Under the pieces are notes generated by a model. It was not told where the DNA came from, ran no database searches, and saw nothing but the letters and a program-made list of their open reading frames with translations. Made by a program: the position numbers and the translations under genes. From NCBI GenBank assembly GCA_965221925.1, contig OZ244924.1, positions 68,199-132,198 of the forward strand: a stretch of DNA of 64,000 bases. Reading direction: 5' to 3'. Positions 16,894 through 25,927 of the stretch are shown here, one piece after another (the stretch's first letter is position 1; the number at the start of each line of letters is the position of its first letter). Source of the stretch: Dehalococcoidia bacterium. GTDB taxonomy: Bacteria > Chloroflexota > Dehalococcoidia > Lucifugimonadales > UBA2985.

Positions 16894-18885
16894 ATGCTAC
16901 TTGTATCCGACATCAGTAAAGCCTATTCAAACAAGACGCTGTTCAGTGGTCTCAACCTGGTTGTGGCCGCCGGAGATCGCATTGCGCTGATAGGCGCAAA
17001 CGGCTCCGGAAAGACCACACTTATGGACATTCTGGCAGGCGATACCTCACCGGATTCAGGGAGTATATCCAAACGACGCAACGTCTCTATAGGCTATCTC
17101 AAGCAGGAGCCTGAATCGTTTACCGGCAAACACCTACTCCAGGAGGTGTTGGACGCTAGATCTGATGTGATTGCTCTCACGGAAAGGGTTACTGCCACAC
17201 GGGAGGCTCTCTCGTCGGAGCGTGATCCAGTTAGGCAAGCCGATCTAATGAAACGCCTCGGCCAGCTTGAAGTGGCGTTGGAAGCCACAGGTGGAGGCGA
17301 CAGGGACCACGAGGCCAAGGCTATCCTCTCGGGACTTGGGTTTAAGCAAGGCGATTTTCTCCGGCCAATGGACGAGTTCAGCGGCGGCTGGGTCATGCGG
17401 GCAGGCCTTGCCAGGCTGCTGTTCAAGAAGCCCGCCCTTCTACTATTGGACGAGCCAACCAACCACCTTGACCTTGACGCAAACTTGTGGTTTGAGAAAT
17501 ACTTGGCCGCTTTTCAAGGTGGCGTGATCGTCACATCTCACGACCGCGCTTTTCTGAATCAGGTTGCAACCAAGGTTCTTGCAATTGAGGAGGACGAGGT
17601 GGTCCTCATGAAGGGTAACTATGACGAATACCTTGTTGCGCATGAGAGCTTCCTGAAGGTCAAGCAGGCGGCCGCGGCCAGGCAGGATCGCGAGATACAG
17701 AGGCAGATGCGATTTATCGACCGTTTCCGGTCCAAGGCACGGAAGGCCACCCAGGCGCAGAGTCGCTTGAAGCAGCTTGAGAAGGTGCAGAGGATTGAAC
17801 TGCCAAGGACGACCAGAAAAGTCCGCTATTCGTTTCCAGAGCCACCCCGCAGCGGTTTAGAGGTCATATCGTTGACCAACGTCAGCAAATCCTACGGCGA
17901 AACCGCGGTTTACAGTGGGGTGAATCTGGCGCTTTCGCGCGGAGACCGCGTTGCCCTCGTCGGACCAAACGGCGCCGGTAAGACCACTATGTTAAAGATG
18001 CTCGCCGGCGTCCTTTCACTTGATGGAGGAGAGAGAAGAACCGGCCACAACGTGGTGACGGCCTACTACGCACAGCATGTACTTGAACTCCTCAATCCAA
18101 TCAATACTATCATTGAGGAGCTGCAACATGCGGCGCCAAGGGAATCGGAGCAGAACCTGCGCGCCACCCTGGGAGGCTTCCTGTTCAGCGGCGACGACGT
18201 TCGTAAGCCAATCTCAGCGCTGTCTGGCGGAGAGAAGGCGCGTGTGGCCTTGGCCAAGCTGCTTCTCCAGCCCAGCAACCTGCTCCTCATGGATGAGCCG
18301 ACCAACCATCTTGACATCGCCTCCAGGGAGATACTCGCGGACGCCATCCAGGACTATCACGGTACGATTTGTATAATAACCCACGACCGGACTCTCATAC
18401 GGCAGGTTGCGAACAAGATAATTGAGATTGACGCCGGACAGGCCACGGTCTACCCAGGCGACTACGACGCCTATTTGTACCGGAAGCAAACGGAGGCCGG
18501 TAACGGAAGGGCCTTTCCAGCAGCCAACGGAGCGATTCGCGCAGCTTCAGAAAGTGTCCCCGCCAGGAGACGCTCCGGAAGGCCGCTTAGCGCCGAGGAG
18601 GTCCAGCGCCGGTCGCTTAGCAAAGAGGCCCGAAGATTGGCGATACGGATAGAGGAGATAGACGTTTCGCTGTCGAACCGCGAGGCCCGCATAACGGAAT
18701 TGGAGACCATGTTCTCGCAGCCTAACCAGTCTGACGACCCGGCTTATTTCGCGTCCGCGGGGGAGGAGTACCGTTTACTCAAAGAGGAGGCAGAGTCCCT
18801 TTGGGAGGAGTGGGAGAGGTTGTCGTTGGAGGCGGAGAACATAGATGGCAAGCTGGCAGAACTAAGGGAGGGCAGTCTAGCCTGA
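16894..18885 (+). CDS. ABC-F family ATPase (Uup-like, two ABC domains plus a C-terminal coiled coil)
   Basis: Two Walker A motifs (GANGSGKTT and GPNGAGKTT), two LSGG signatures (FSGGW and LSGGEK) and no TM domain. Confidence 0.93.
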   Translation: MLLVSDISKAYSNKTLFSGLNLVVAAGDRIALIGANGSGKTTLMDILAGDTSPDSGSISKRRNVSIGYLKQEPESFTGKHLLQEVLDARSDVIALTERVTATREALSSERDPVRQADLMKRLGQLEVALEATGGGDRDHEAKAILSGLGFKQGDFLRPMDEFSGGWVMRAGLARLLFKKPALLLLDEPTNHLDLDANLWFEKYLAAFQGGVIVTSHDRAFLNQVATKVLAIEEDEVVLMKGNYDEYLVAHESFLKVKQAAAARQDREIQRQMRFIDRFRSKARKATQAQSRLKQLEKVQRIELPRTTRKVRYSFPEPPRSGLEVISLTNVSKSYGETAVYSGVNLALSRGDRVALVGPNGAGKTTMLKMLAGVLSLDGGERRTGHNVVTAYYAQHVLELLNPINTIIEELQHAAPRESEQNLRATLGGFLFSGDDVRKPISALSGGEKARVALAKLLLQPSNLLLMDEPTNHLDIASREILADAIQDYHGTICIITHDRTLIRQVANKIIEIDAGQATVYPGDYDAYLYRKQTEAGNGRAFPAANGAIRAASESVPARRRSGRPLSAEEVQRRSLSKEARRLAIRIEEIDVSLSNREARITELETMFSQPNQSDDPAYFASAGEEYRLLKEEAESLWEEWERLSLEAENIDGKLAELREGSLA

Positions 18886-19652
18886 GCGGGCCCCTCCCAC
18901 CGCCCAAAGGCGCGCCCCTATCCCCCTCCGGATGCCCGCGTGCGCGGGCATGACGACGGTGGGCCGCTCGCTCCCCGCTCACGTGGTTCGACAAAGGCTC
19001 ACCACGAGCGGGGCAAGGTTGTTCCGCTCATCCCCGTATCAAGTACGGGGCAGGCTCTGAGCGTGTCGAAGGGCGTGAGCGGAACGGGGCCTGGGTTCCT
19101 CGGTTGCCAACTCTCCGCTCACATGGTTCAACAGGCTCACCACGAACGGTAAGGGAGTGCGGTCTAGCCTGAGCGGGCTCCATCTGCCCGTCCCTATCCC
19201 CCCTCTGGGTGCCCGCGTTCGCGGGCATGGCGACGGTGGGCCGCTCGCTCCCACTCACGTGGTTCGACAGGCTCACCACGAGCGGGGCAAGGTTGGTTCC
19301 GCTCATCCTGAGCGGGCTCCATCTGCCCGCCCCTATTCCCCCTCCGGATGCCCGCGTTCGCGGGCATGACGACGGTGGGCCGCTCGCTCCCCGCTCGTAT
19401 GGTTCGACAAGCTCACCACGAGCGGGGCAAGGTTGTTCCGCTCATCCCCGTATCAAGTACGGGGCAGGCTCTGAGCGTGTCGAAGGGCGTGAGCGGAACG
19501 GGGCCTGGGTTCCTCGGTTGCCAACTCTCCGCTCACGTGGTTCGACAAAGGCTCACCACGAGCGGTAAGGGAGGGCGGTCTAGCCTGAGCGGGCCCCTCC
19601 CACCGCCCCAAGGCGCGCCCCTATCCCCCCTCCGGATGCCCGCGTGCGCGGT
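18863..19652. repeat. About 790-bp array of REP-like modules (order P-Q-P-P-Q-partial P)
   Basis: Module P (...ggatgcccgcgtgcgcgggcatgacgacggtgggccgctcgc...tggttcgaca.gctcaccacgagcgg) occurs 3.3 times. Module Q (ccccgtatcaagtacggggcaggctctgagcgtgtcgaagggcgtgagcgg...) occurs twice. The array overlaps the last 8 codons of the ABC-F gene. Confidence 0.88.
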
Positions 19653-19738
19653 TTGGAGCGCTGTGGTCGCTTGATTAGCGCTTGACAACTCTGATAGCAT
19701 CTTGTTAGCGCTATTTTAATCGGAGGTAGGTTTGGGCT

Positions 19739-20041
19739 ATGAAGATATCTCAGATAATGACTGCCCAGGGGCCGGCGAAGGAGGACCTCCCGCCCCTTCA
19801 AGCCATGCTTCTGGATGAGTTGAAGCGTCGTCCAGACGAGGTGTTTGACAACAGCGACGAAGGGTTGCTCCAGATATTCCCGCGACTGAAGCGCTCCTCG
19901 CTAAGCTGGTCCCTCTATCTGCTTCACAAGCGAGGCCTTATAGCCAAGCGTCGGGTGCGGCTCAACGGTAAGCTCACCACGGTCTTCGGCTGCCATGAAG
20001 CCGTGGAAGCGTTGAAGGAACACCTGAGTTTAGCCGACTAG
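19739..20041 (+). CDS. Small hypothetical protein, possible winged-helix
   Basis: SD GGAGGTAGG lies before ATG 19739. The protein is 100 aa and contains LSWSLYLLHKRGLIAKRRV. Confidence 0.6.
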   Translation: MKISQIMTAQGPAKEDLPPLQAMLLDELKRRPDEVFDNSDEGLLQIFPRLKRSSLSWSLYLLHKRGLIAKRRVRLNGKLTTVFGCHEAVEALKEHLSLAD

Positions 20042-20279
20042 GCTTTCGTGGGCTTCCTGCTCCGGCTTCTCCTGCTCCCACTGCGGCTGTTGCTACTCCC
20101 GTTCAAGGCTGTCCACGCCTTCACGACCTTCTTTACCTGCGTTGTTCCCATCGCCATCGTAATCGCGATCGGGGCCGCTGTCGTCTGGTTTGTGTTCTTG
20201 CGATAGCCGCAAGGAAGCCGGGAGGGTTGCGGTCAAGCCGGAGGAACGGCTGCCGTTGTGAGCGCTCAGGAGTCGACGG

Positions 20280-22334
20280 CTATGGCACGGAGTCCACGGA
20301 CAGCACGTAGGACGCTGGGTAGGCGGTCTTGGGGGCAACGGGCGCGACTATCACCACCGCCCGCTCCAGCCCTTCGCCAAATCCGCTGAGCGTCAGCGTC
20401 CCGTTCCCATCCAGGTCCAGGGCCATCTGCCGGACATTGACCTCATCCCCTATCTCTACAACCTGGACCAGGTAGTCCTGGGGCGCTAGGGTGTTAGTCC
20501 GGATGAATCCCTGGGCATCCCAGAGGCCTGCGCTCTCGACATCGTCGAAGTACCCGACCTCCGGGATTGAGACGTCGTCTATGCAGATCCCGTCGTCGCT
20601 GGTTCCTTCGTCGGTCACGTACTCAAATCGCAGGAGGACCTCCTCCCCTGTGTATGGAGCCAAGTCTACGGACTCCTCCTGCCACCCGTCGCTTCGGCCC
20701 GTGTAGCCGGGGCCAAAGCTGACACCCAGGGGGTTCTGCGGGGAGCTAAGTCTGCCCTCCAGGACCTCCCAGGTCTCTCCTCCGTCTGAGGACACCTCTA
20801 CGTAGGCATAGTCCCAGGACTCCTCTATTGCGTACCACGTCTGGAAGTTCAGGGTCGCCTGGGAGATTTGGGAGAGGTCAACCTCCAGCGTGAGCGTGGA
20901 ATCAATGGTGTCCCCGCTGTTTCCCCACCAGCAGTGGCTGCCGCTGTACGCAGAGGTGGGTAGGAGGGGCGTCTCCGTCCGGCCCTGGAAGGACACCAGG
21001 GCGTCACCCTCCGTGAAACGTATCTCTACGTACTCCCCGGCGTACTGGGGAGTAGTGATGCTGAAGGAGCCGGGGCGCGTGAGCGTCCTTCCGGGACGAA
21101 CGGCGATATCCAGTCCTTCGTAGGAGTACCGGTCGATGTCCCGAGAGTCCAGGTAGTTCGCCACCAGCCAGTCCTGGAAAACATCCTGAAAGGTCACGTC
21201 ATAGTCCAGGGAGCGCAGGTAGGCTGTTACCCCTTCAATCCCATCCTCAGGCTGGGCAACCAGCTTGCTCAGGTTGTCGTGTCCCCCGTAGCGCTGGGCC
21301 AGGTACTCCATGAAGAGGGAAGCAGCGCCGTAGTGCGGCCGTGTGGCCTCGCCGCGGGAGGGCCAGGCGGTCAGCGAGGCGCTGGGGGATGTGATGAAGG
21401 AGTTTATGAAGGTGAGGCCATAGTCGGCTACGTTCTTGGCAACCTCCGACAGCCCTTCGTTCACCCACGTTTCCTCGCTGGGGTCGCCCGCCCAGTGGAC
21501 CGCGTGTTGCAGCTCGTGGGCAAGCGTCCCCAAGTATGCGGGTGAGCCGATACGCCAGTTATTCATGTAGAGCATCTCCCGCTCGTTGCTGAAAGGATAG
21601 ACCGATTTTGGATACTCGTCGGCGGCGTTGTAGTAGCCTGCCACGCTCCTGAGCGGGGCATGAAGGATGGTCAGCCTGGGGTCGTTGTCTATGCCGGGAG
21701 ACCACTCGCTGCCAAAGGCGGCCGTCACAGTGGGGTAGATGACTTCGTCAAAGACCCTGGCGGTGGCCGGGAGGACCCTTCCACGCGGCTCCTGCCCCGT
21801 TGGGAAGTACCAGTATGCGTGCGTGCTCACGTGAGCCAGCGTAGCTTCCACCTCGTACATCTCCAAACTCTCCAGGTCGACTACCCAGAACACGTCCTGG
21901 CGTCCAGCTTCGTAGCTGACCGGGTCCGGGTTCACCACGCGCTCTATCGGCTGCTCAAGATCGGGGCGGAGTCGCCGTACCAGGGAGTACAGGTCCCTGT
22001 CGGGGGCGTCGGTGAGGTGTATGGTCGCTTCGGTCGGGGTCGGGGTTGGGGTCCTAGTTGGGGTGGCGGTGGTGGGGAGGGGCGTCATTGGAGGGGAGGT
22101 GGCAGTAGCTCCGGGGGAGGGAGAGGGATCTGGCCGGGTGGGCGCCGGCCGGGTGGGTGTCGGCCTAACCGGCAGAGCGACTGTTGGCGCGGGTGTCCGG
22201 GTGGGCGTCGGCTCCGCGGTGGGCGATGCCGCCGGCGTGGACGTATCGGTGGGCGGCGGCTGCGGGCCGGGGGTACAGCGTGTTACCAGGGAGAACGCTG
22301 CCACCGCCAGTAGTATGGCTAAGAGCCTGCTCAT
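20280..22334 (-). CDS. Secreted gluzincin-type zinc metallopeptidase (M1-like HExxH...WxNEG motif)
   Basis: SD AAGGA lies before ATG 22334 (MSRLLAILLAVAAF, a signal peptide). A Pro/Thr linker of about 85 aa follows. The active-site motif is HELQHAVHW...WVNEGLSE, and the C-terminal region is beta-rich. Confidence 0.85.
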   Translation of the reverse strand: MSRLLAILLAVAAFSLVTRCTPGPQPPPTDTSTPAASPTAEPTPTRTPAPTVALPVRPTPTRPAPTRPDPSPSPGATATSPPMTPLPTTATPTRTPTPTPTEATIHLTDAPDRDLYSLVRRLRPDLEQPIERVVNPDPVSYEAGRQDVFWVVDLESLEMYEVEATLAHVSTHAYWYFPTGQEPRGRVLPATARVFDEVIYPTVTAAFGSEWSPGIDNDPRLTILHAPLRSVAGYYNAADEYPKSVYPFSNEREMLYMNNWRIGSPAYLGTLAHELQHAVHWAGDPSEETWVNEGLSEVAKNVADYGLTFINSFITSPSASLTAWPSRGEATRPHYGAASLFMEYLAQRYGGHDNLSKLVAQPEDGIEGVTAYLRSLDYDVTFQDVFQDWLVANYLDSRDIDRYSYEGLDIAVRPGRTLTRPGSFSITTPQYAGEYVEIRFTEGDALVSFQGRTETPLLPTSAYSGSHCWWGNSGDTIDSTLTLEVDLSQISQATLNFQTWYAIEESWDYAYVEVSSDGGETWEVLEGRLSSPQNPLGVSFGPGYTGRSDGWQEESVDLAPYTGEEVLLRFEYVTDEGTSDDGICIDDVSIPEVGYFDDVESAGLWDAQGFIRTNTLAPQDYLVQVVEIGDEVNVRQMALDLDGNGTLTLSGFGEGLERAVVIVAPVAPKTAYPASYVLSVDSVP

Positions 22335-22405
22335 AATCCTTGGGAGCTTGCCGTGAGGCAGAGTCGATAAAGCCGTATGGGTAAGTATCGTTTGAAAACG
22401 TTCCC

Positions 22406-22434
22406 TTGTCCATACACCCACCCCATGCTATCAT
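22406..22434 (+). promoter_or_regulatory. Putative recA promoter
   Basis: TTGTCC, a 17-nt spacer, then TATCAT. The 12-bp palindrome CGTTTGAAAACG (22389-22400) lies just upstream of the -35 element. Confidence 0.35.
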
Positions 22435-22466
22435 GCTGCCAAGTCCTGAGTGGCGATGGAGGGTAT

Positions 22467-23492
22467 ATGGTCACCGAAAAGGAAAAGGCCCTGGAGCTTG
22501 CTCTCATCCAGATAGAGCGGCAGGTGGGCAAGGGCAGCATAATGAAGCTGGGGGAGGCCGGCCAGAGGCTGGCGGTAGAGACCATTCCCACGGGGTCCCT
22601 CTCCTTGGACATGGCTCTGGGGGCTGGCGGTGTGCCCCGAGGAAGGGTCACGGAGATATTCGGGGCGGAGTCCGCCGGCAAGTCCACGCTGGCGCAGCAC
22701 ATCATGGCAGAGGCCCAGAAGGCCGGGGGAACTGCCGCCTACATAGACGCCGAGAACGCCCTGGACCCCGCATACGCCGGCCGGCTGGGGGTCGATATCG
22801 ACACCCTGCTTGTCTCTCAACCGGATACCGCCGAGCAGGCCCTGGAGATAGCTGAGTACCTGGTCAGGAGCGGCGCTGTGGACGTGGTTGTCGTCGATAG
22901 CGTGGCTGCGCTTGTACCCAGGGCGGAGCTTGAGGGCGACATGGGCGACTCCCACATGGGGTTGCAGGCCCGCCTCATGTCGCAGGCCCTGCGCAAGCTG
23001 TCGGCTGCCATCAACCGCTCCCACGCCGTCGTCATCTTCATAAACCAGCTCCGGGAGAAGATAGGAGTGGTCTTCGGCAACCCGGAGGTCACCCCCGGCG
23101 GTCGGGCCCTGAAGTTCTACAGCTCAGTTCGCATAGACCTGCGCCGGGTGGACTCCATCAAACACGGGACGCAGGTAGTGGGCACCAGGGTCAAGGCCAG
23201 GATTGTGAAGAACAAGGTGGCTCCCCCGTTCCGGGTCGCCGAGTTCGATATCATGTTCAATCGGGGCATCAGCAAGGAAGGCGATATCCTGGACCTGGGC
23301 ACTACGGCGGGAACAATTACAAAGGCAGGCTCCTTCTACTCCTACGGCCAGGTCCGCCTGGGCCAGGGCAGGGAGGCCGCCAAAGAGTATCTCAGCGACC
23401 ACGTGGAGGTGTCCGCGGAGGTGGAGGAGCGGATCAGGGCCTCCGTGGGGCACAGGGTCACGGAGGCAGCGGAAGCGGAAGAGACGGCCTAG
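22467..23492 (+). CDS. recA: Recombinase RecA
   Basis: SD GGAGGG lies before ATG 22467. Walker A is GAESAGKST. The body is unmistakably RecA (...[28 protein letters not shown]...). Confidence 0.98.
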   Translation: MVTEKEKALELALIQIERQVGKGSIMKLGEAGQRLAVETIPTGSLSLDMALGAGGVPRGRVTEIFGAESAGKSTLAQHIMAEAQKAGGTAAYIDAENALDPAYAGRLGVDIDTLLVSQPDTAEQALEIAEYLVRSGAVDVVVVDSVAALVPRAELEGDMGDSHMGLQARLMSQALRKLSAAINRSHAVVIFINQLREKIGVVFGNPEVTPGGRALKFYSSVRIDLRRVDSIKHGTQVVGTRVKARIVKNKVAPPFRVAEFDIMFNRGISKEGDILDLGTTAGTITKAGSFYSYGQVRLGQGREAAKEYLSDHVEVSAEVEERIRASVGHRVTEAAEAEETA

Positions 23493-23507
23493 CGTCTCTT
23501 TCTGCCA

Positions 23508-24029
23508 GTGTCCGCGCCGACCGCAATGGGTAAGGAGCAGGAAAAGACCCTTGACCAAGCGGTCTCCCTTGCCCTGAGATACCTCTCCTACCGGCCTCGC
23601 AGTGAGTTCGAAGTCAGGGGCCGTCTACGGCGCGCGTGCCACGAGCAGGTTGTCGAGTTGGCCGTCGCGCGGCTCAAGGAGCTGGGCCTGCTGGATGACA
23701 GGGCTTTTGCCCATGCCTGGAGCCTGGGAAGGACGGTCCATAAGCCGCGCAGCGCCGCCCTGGTGCGGAGGGAGCTGCTGGCGAAGGGCGTGGACCGGGA
23801 GGTAGCCCAGGCGTCTGTGGATACCCTGGACGACAGGGAGAGCGCCTACAAGGCGGGGCTGCGGGCCGCTTCCTCTCTGCGGACCGCCGATTATACGACC
23901 TTCCGTCGCCGCGTGTGGGGCCGGCTCCACAGACGAGGGTTCAGCGCGGCCATTGTCCGCGGGGTGGTGGCCCGTTTGTGGGAGGAGCGATGCGCGGAGC
24001 CTGAAATGGAGCGCCCCTCCGGGATCTGA
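23508..24029 (+). CDS. recX: RecA regulator RecX
   Basis: Lies immediately downstream of recA. It has RecX helical repeats (ALRYLSYRPRSEFEVRGRL...LLDDRAFA). The start is uncertain: GTG 23508 or ATG 23526. Confidence 0.88.
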   Translation: MSAPTAMGKEQEKTLDQAVSLALRYLSYRPRSEFEVRGRLRRACHEQVVELAVARLKELGLLDDRAFAHAWSLGRTVHKPRSAALVRRELLAKGVDREVAQASVDTLDDRESAYKAGLRAASSLRTADYTTFRRRVWGRLHRRGFSAAIVRGVVARLWEERCAEPEMERPSGI

Positions 24030-24033
24030 GGCG

Positions 24034-25926
24034 TCAGTCCTCTCGCTGCCCGGATGTCGCGGAAGCGGGCAGCTCTTCGTCTTGGAAGTTCATGTCGTAG
24101 AGCCGTGTGTACAGCCCGTTCAGGGCCAGCAGTTCGTTGTGCTTCCCCAGCTCCGCAATACGGCCCTGCTGAAGGACCAGTATCTGGTCTGCGTCCTGGA
24201 TGGTGGAGAGGCGGTGGGCGATAATTATGGCCGTGCGGCCCCGCAGAAGCTCCTTCAAAGCATCCTGTATCATGCGCTCCGTGTAGCTGTCCACGTTGGC
24301 GGTGGCCTCGTCCAGGATGAGGATGCGCGGGTCGGCCACCAGCGCCCGCGCAAAGGCGATGAGCTGCCGCTGGCCCAGGCTCAGGTTGCTGCCTCTTTCA
24401 TGGAGCGTCGTGTCGTAGCCCTGCGGGAGCCGCATGATGAATTCGTGGGCGCCAAGGGCCTTGGTGGCCGTTTCTATCTCTTCCTGGGTTGCCTCTCGAT
24501 GCGCGAAGCGGATGTTGTCGGACACGGAGGCGGAGTACAGGAAGGGTTCCTGTAGCACCAGGCTCATCTGGCCGGCCAGAGAGGAGCGGGTAACGTCTCG
24601 CAGGTCGTACCCGTCCACGGTGATGCGGCCCTCGGTGACGTCGTAGAAGCGCGCCACAAGGGCTACAATGGTGGTCTTCCCCGCGCCGGTCGGCCCCACT
24701 ATGGCCAGGGTCTCCCCCGGCGGTATATTCAGGGACACGCCATTGAGCACCTGCACACCGGGGATGTAGTGGAAGGACACGTTGTCAAAGCTCACCTGCC
24801 CCCGGATGGGCGGCAGGGCCTTGGCGTCCGGCGCGTCCACCAGGTCCGGCTTAACGTCCAGCAGCTCAAAGATGCGCATCCCTGCGGTCATGGCGCGTTG
24901 CATCATGGCGTACTGCATCACAAGAGCGCGGATGGGTTCGAAGAACCGCTGCACGAACAGGGCGAAGGCCACCATAGTCCCAAGCGCCAGCTCGCCGTTC
25001 TGCTCCATCCTGCCTCCCATCACCACCACCAGGCCAAAGGCAATGGCGGTGAGCACCTCCACCGAGGGCATCAGGCTGGCGGTCAGCCGTATGGCGTTGA
25101 GGTTGGCCGTCAGGTGGGCCCCGTTTAGCTCGTCGAAACGCGAGAGATTGATCTCCTCCCGGTTCATGCTCTGGGTGACCCGGACCCCGGTGATGTTCTC
25201 CTGAAGGCTGGCGTTAACCCCGGCAATGGCGTAGCGGATGCTCATGAACGCCTGGCGAGCCTTCTTCTGCCACAGGGTCATGATCACTATGAAGACGGGG
25301 ATTACTATGAAGCAGGTCAGGGCCAGCTGAAAGTTCCAGACCAGCATGATCGTGATGATCCCCAGCAGGCTCAGTATCTCGGCGAACCCCACAACGAAGA
25401 TGGTCATAAACTCCTGGAGGGCCATTGTGTCGTTCTGCACGCGGCTCATCAGGCGGCCCACCTCGTTGTGGTCGAAGAAGAGGGTGGAGAGGCGCTGAAG
25501 GTGAGCGTGCATCTCCGTGCGCAGCGTGTATAGCACCGACATGTTGACCTGCGCCAGGCCCCGTAGGTGGAAGAAGTTCCCAATCAGGTTGAGGACCACC
25601 ACCACCGCAAACATCCCCCCTATCCGGTTGAGGCCCGCTAACCTTTCGGCTACCGGGAGGTCATCGCTCCTTATGTACTGGTTGATGGCCATGCCCACCA
25701 GCAGGGGAACCGAGACCTGAGTGCCAATGTAGATGAGCATCATCACCATGCTGAACAGGGTCATCTTCCAGTGAGGGCGCAGATATTTGAGAAGGCGCAG
25801 CACTACGCCCTTGTCATAGACCTTGCCGAACTCTGTGTCCTCTAGGACCAGGCTGAGGCGTCCCCGTATCCGGCGCACCTCGTCGGTCCCGGGAAGGTTG
25901 GGATTCCAACCGCCCATGTGCATCAT
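24034..25926 (-). CDS. ABC exporter subunit (TMD-NBD), with canonical Walker B and a degenerate signature
   Basis: Six TM helices plus an NBD. Walker A is GPTGAGKTT and Walker B is ILILDEAT. The signature is NLSLGQRQ rather than LSGGQ. Confidence 0.92.
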   Translation of the reverse strand: MMHMGGWNPNLPGTDEVRRIRGRLSLVLEDTEFGKVYDKGVVLRLLKYLRPHWKMTLFSMVMMLIYIGTQVSVPLLVGMAINQYIRSDDLPVAERLAGLNRIGGMFAVVVVLNLIGNFFHLRGLAQVNMSVLYTLRTEMHAHLQRLSTLFFDHNEVGRLMSRVQNDTMALQEFMTIFVVGFAEILSLLGIITIMLVWNFQLALTCFIVIPVFIVIMTLWQKKARQAFMSIRYAIAGVNASLQENITGVRVTQSMNREEINLSRFDELNGAHLTANLNAIRLTASLMPSVEVLTAIAFGLVVVMGGRMEQNGELALGTMVAFALFVQRFFEPIRALVMQYAMMQRAMTAGMRIFELLDVKPDLVDAPDAKALPPIRGQVSFDNVSFHYIPGVQVLNGVSLNIPPGETLAIVGPTGAGKTTIVALVARFYDVTEGRITVDGYDLRDVTRSSLAGQMSLVLQEPFLYSASVSDNIRFAHREATQEEIETATKALGAHEFIMRLPQGYDTTLHERGSNLSLGQRQLIAFARALVADPRILILDEATANVDSYTERMIQDALKELLRGRTAIIIAHRLSTIQDADQILVLQQGRIAELGKHNELLALNGLYTRLYDMNFQDEELPASATSGQRED

Positions 25927-25927
25927 G

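Noticed and set aside
18940-19674. Multiple 60-119-aa ORFs in the REP array, and similar ones at 37845-38335, 9255-9621 and 52207-52475
   Set aside because: They lie entirely within repeated palindromic modules, and the same peptides recur wherever the repeat occurs.
20093-20338. An 81-aa minus-strand ORF between the wHTH gene and the protease gene
   Set aside because: It overlaps the protease 3' end in another frame and has no RBS. Only a short acidic tail looks protein-like.
22380-22466. A canonical LexA (Cheo) box upstream of recA
   Set aside because: No GAAC-N4-GTTC 12-mer is present. Only the different palindrome CGTTTGAAAACG occurs, and it is reported separately at low interest.
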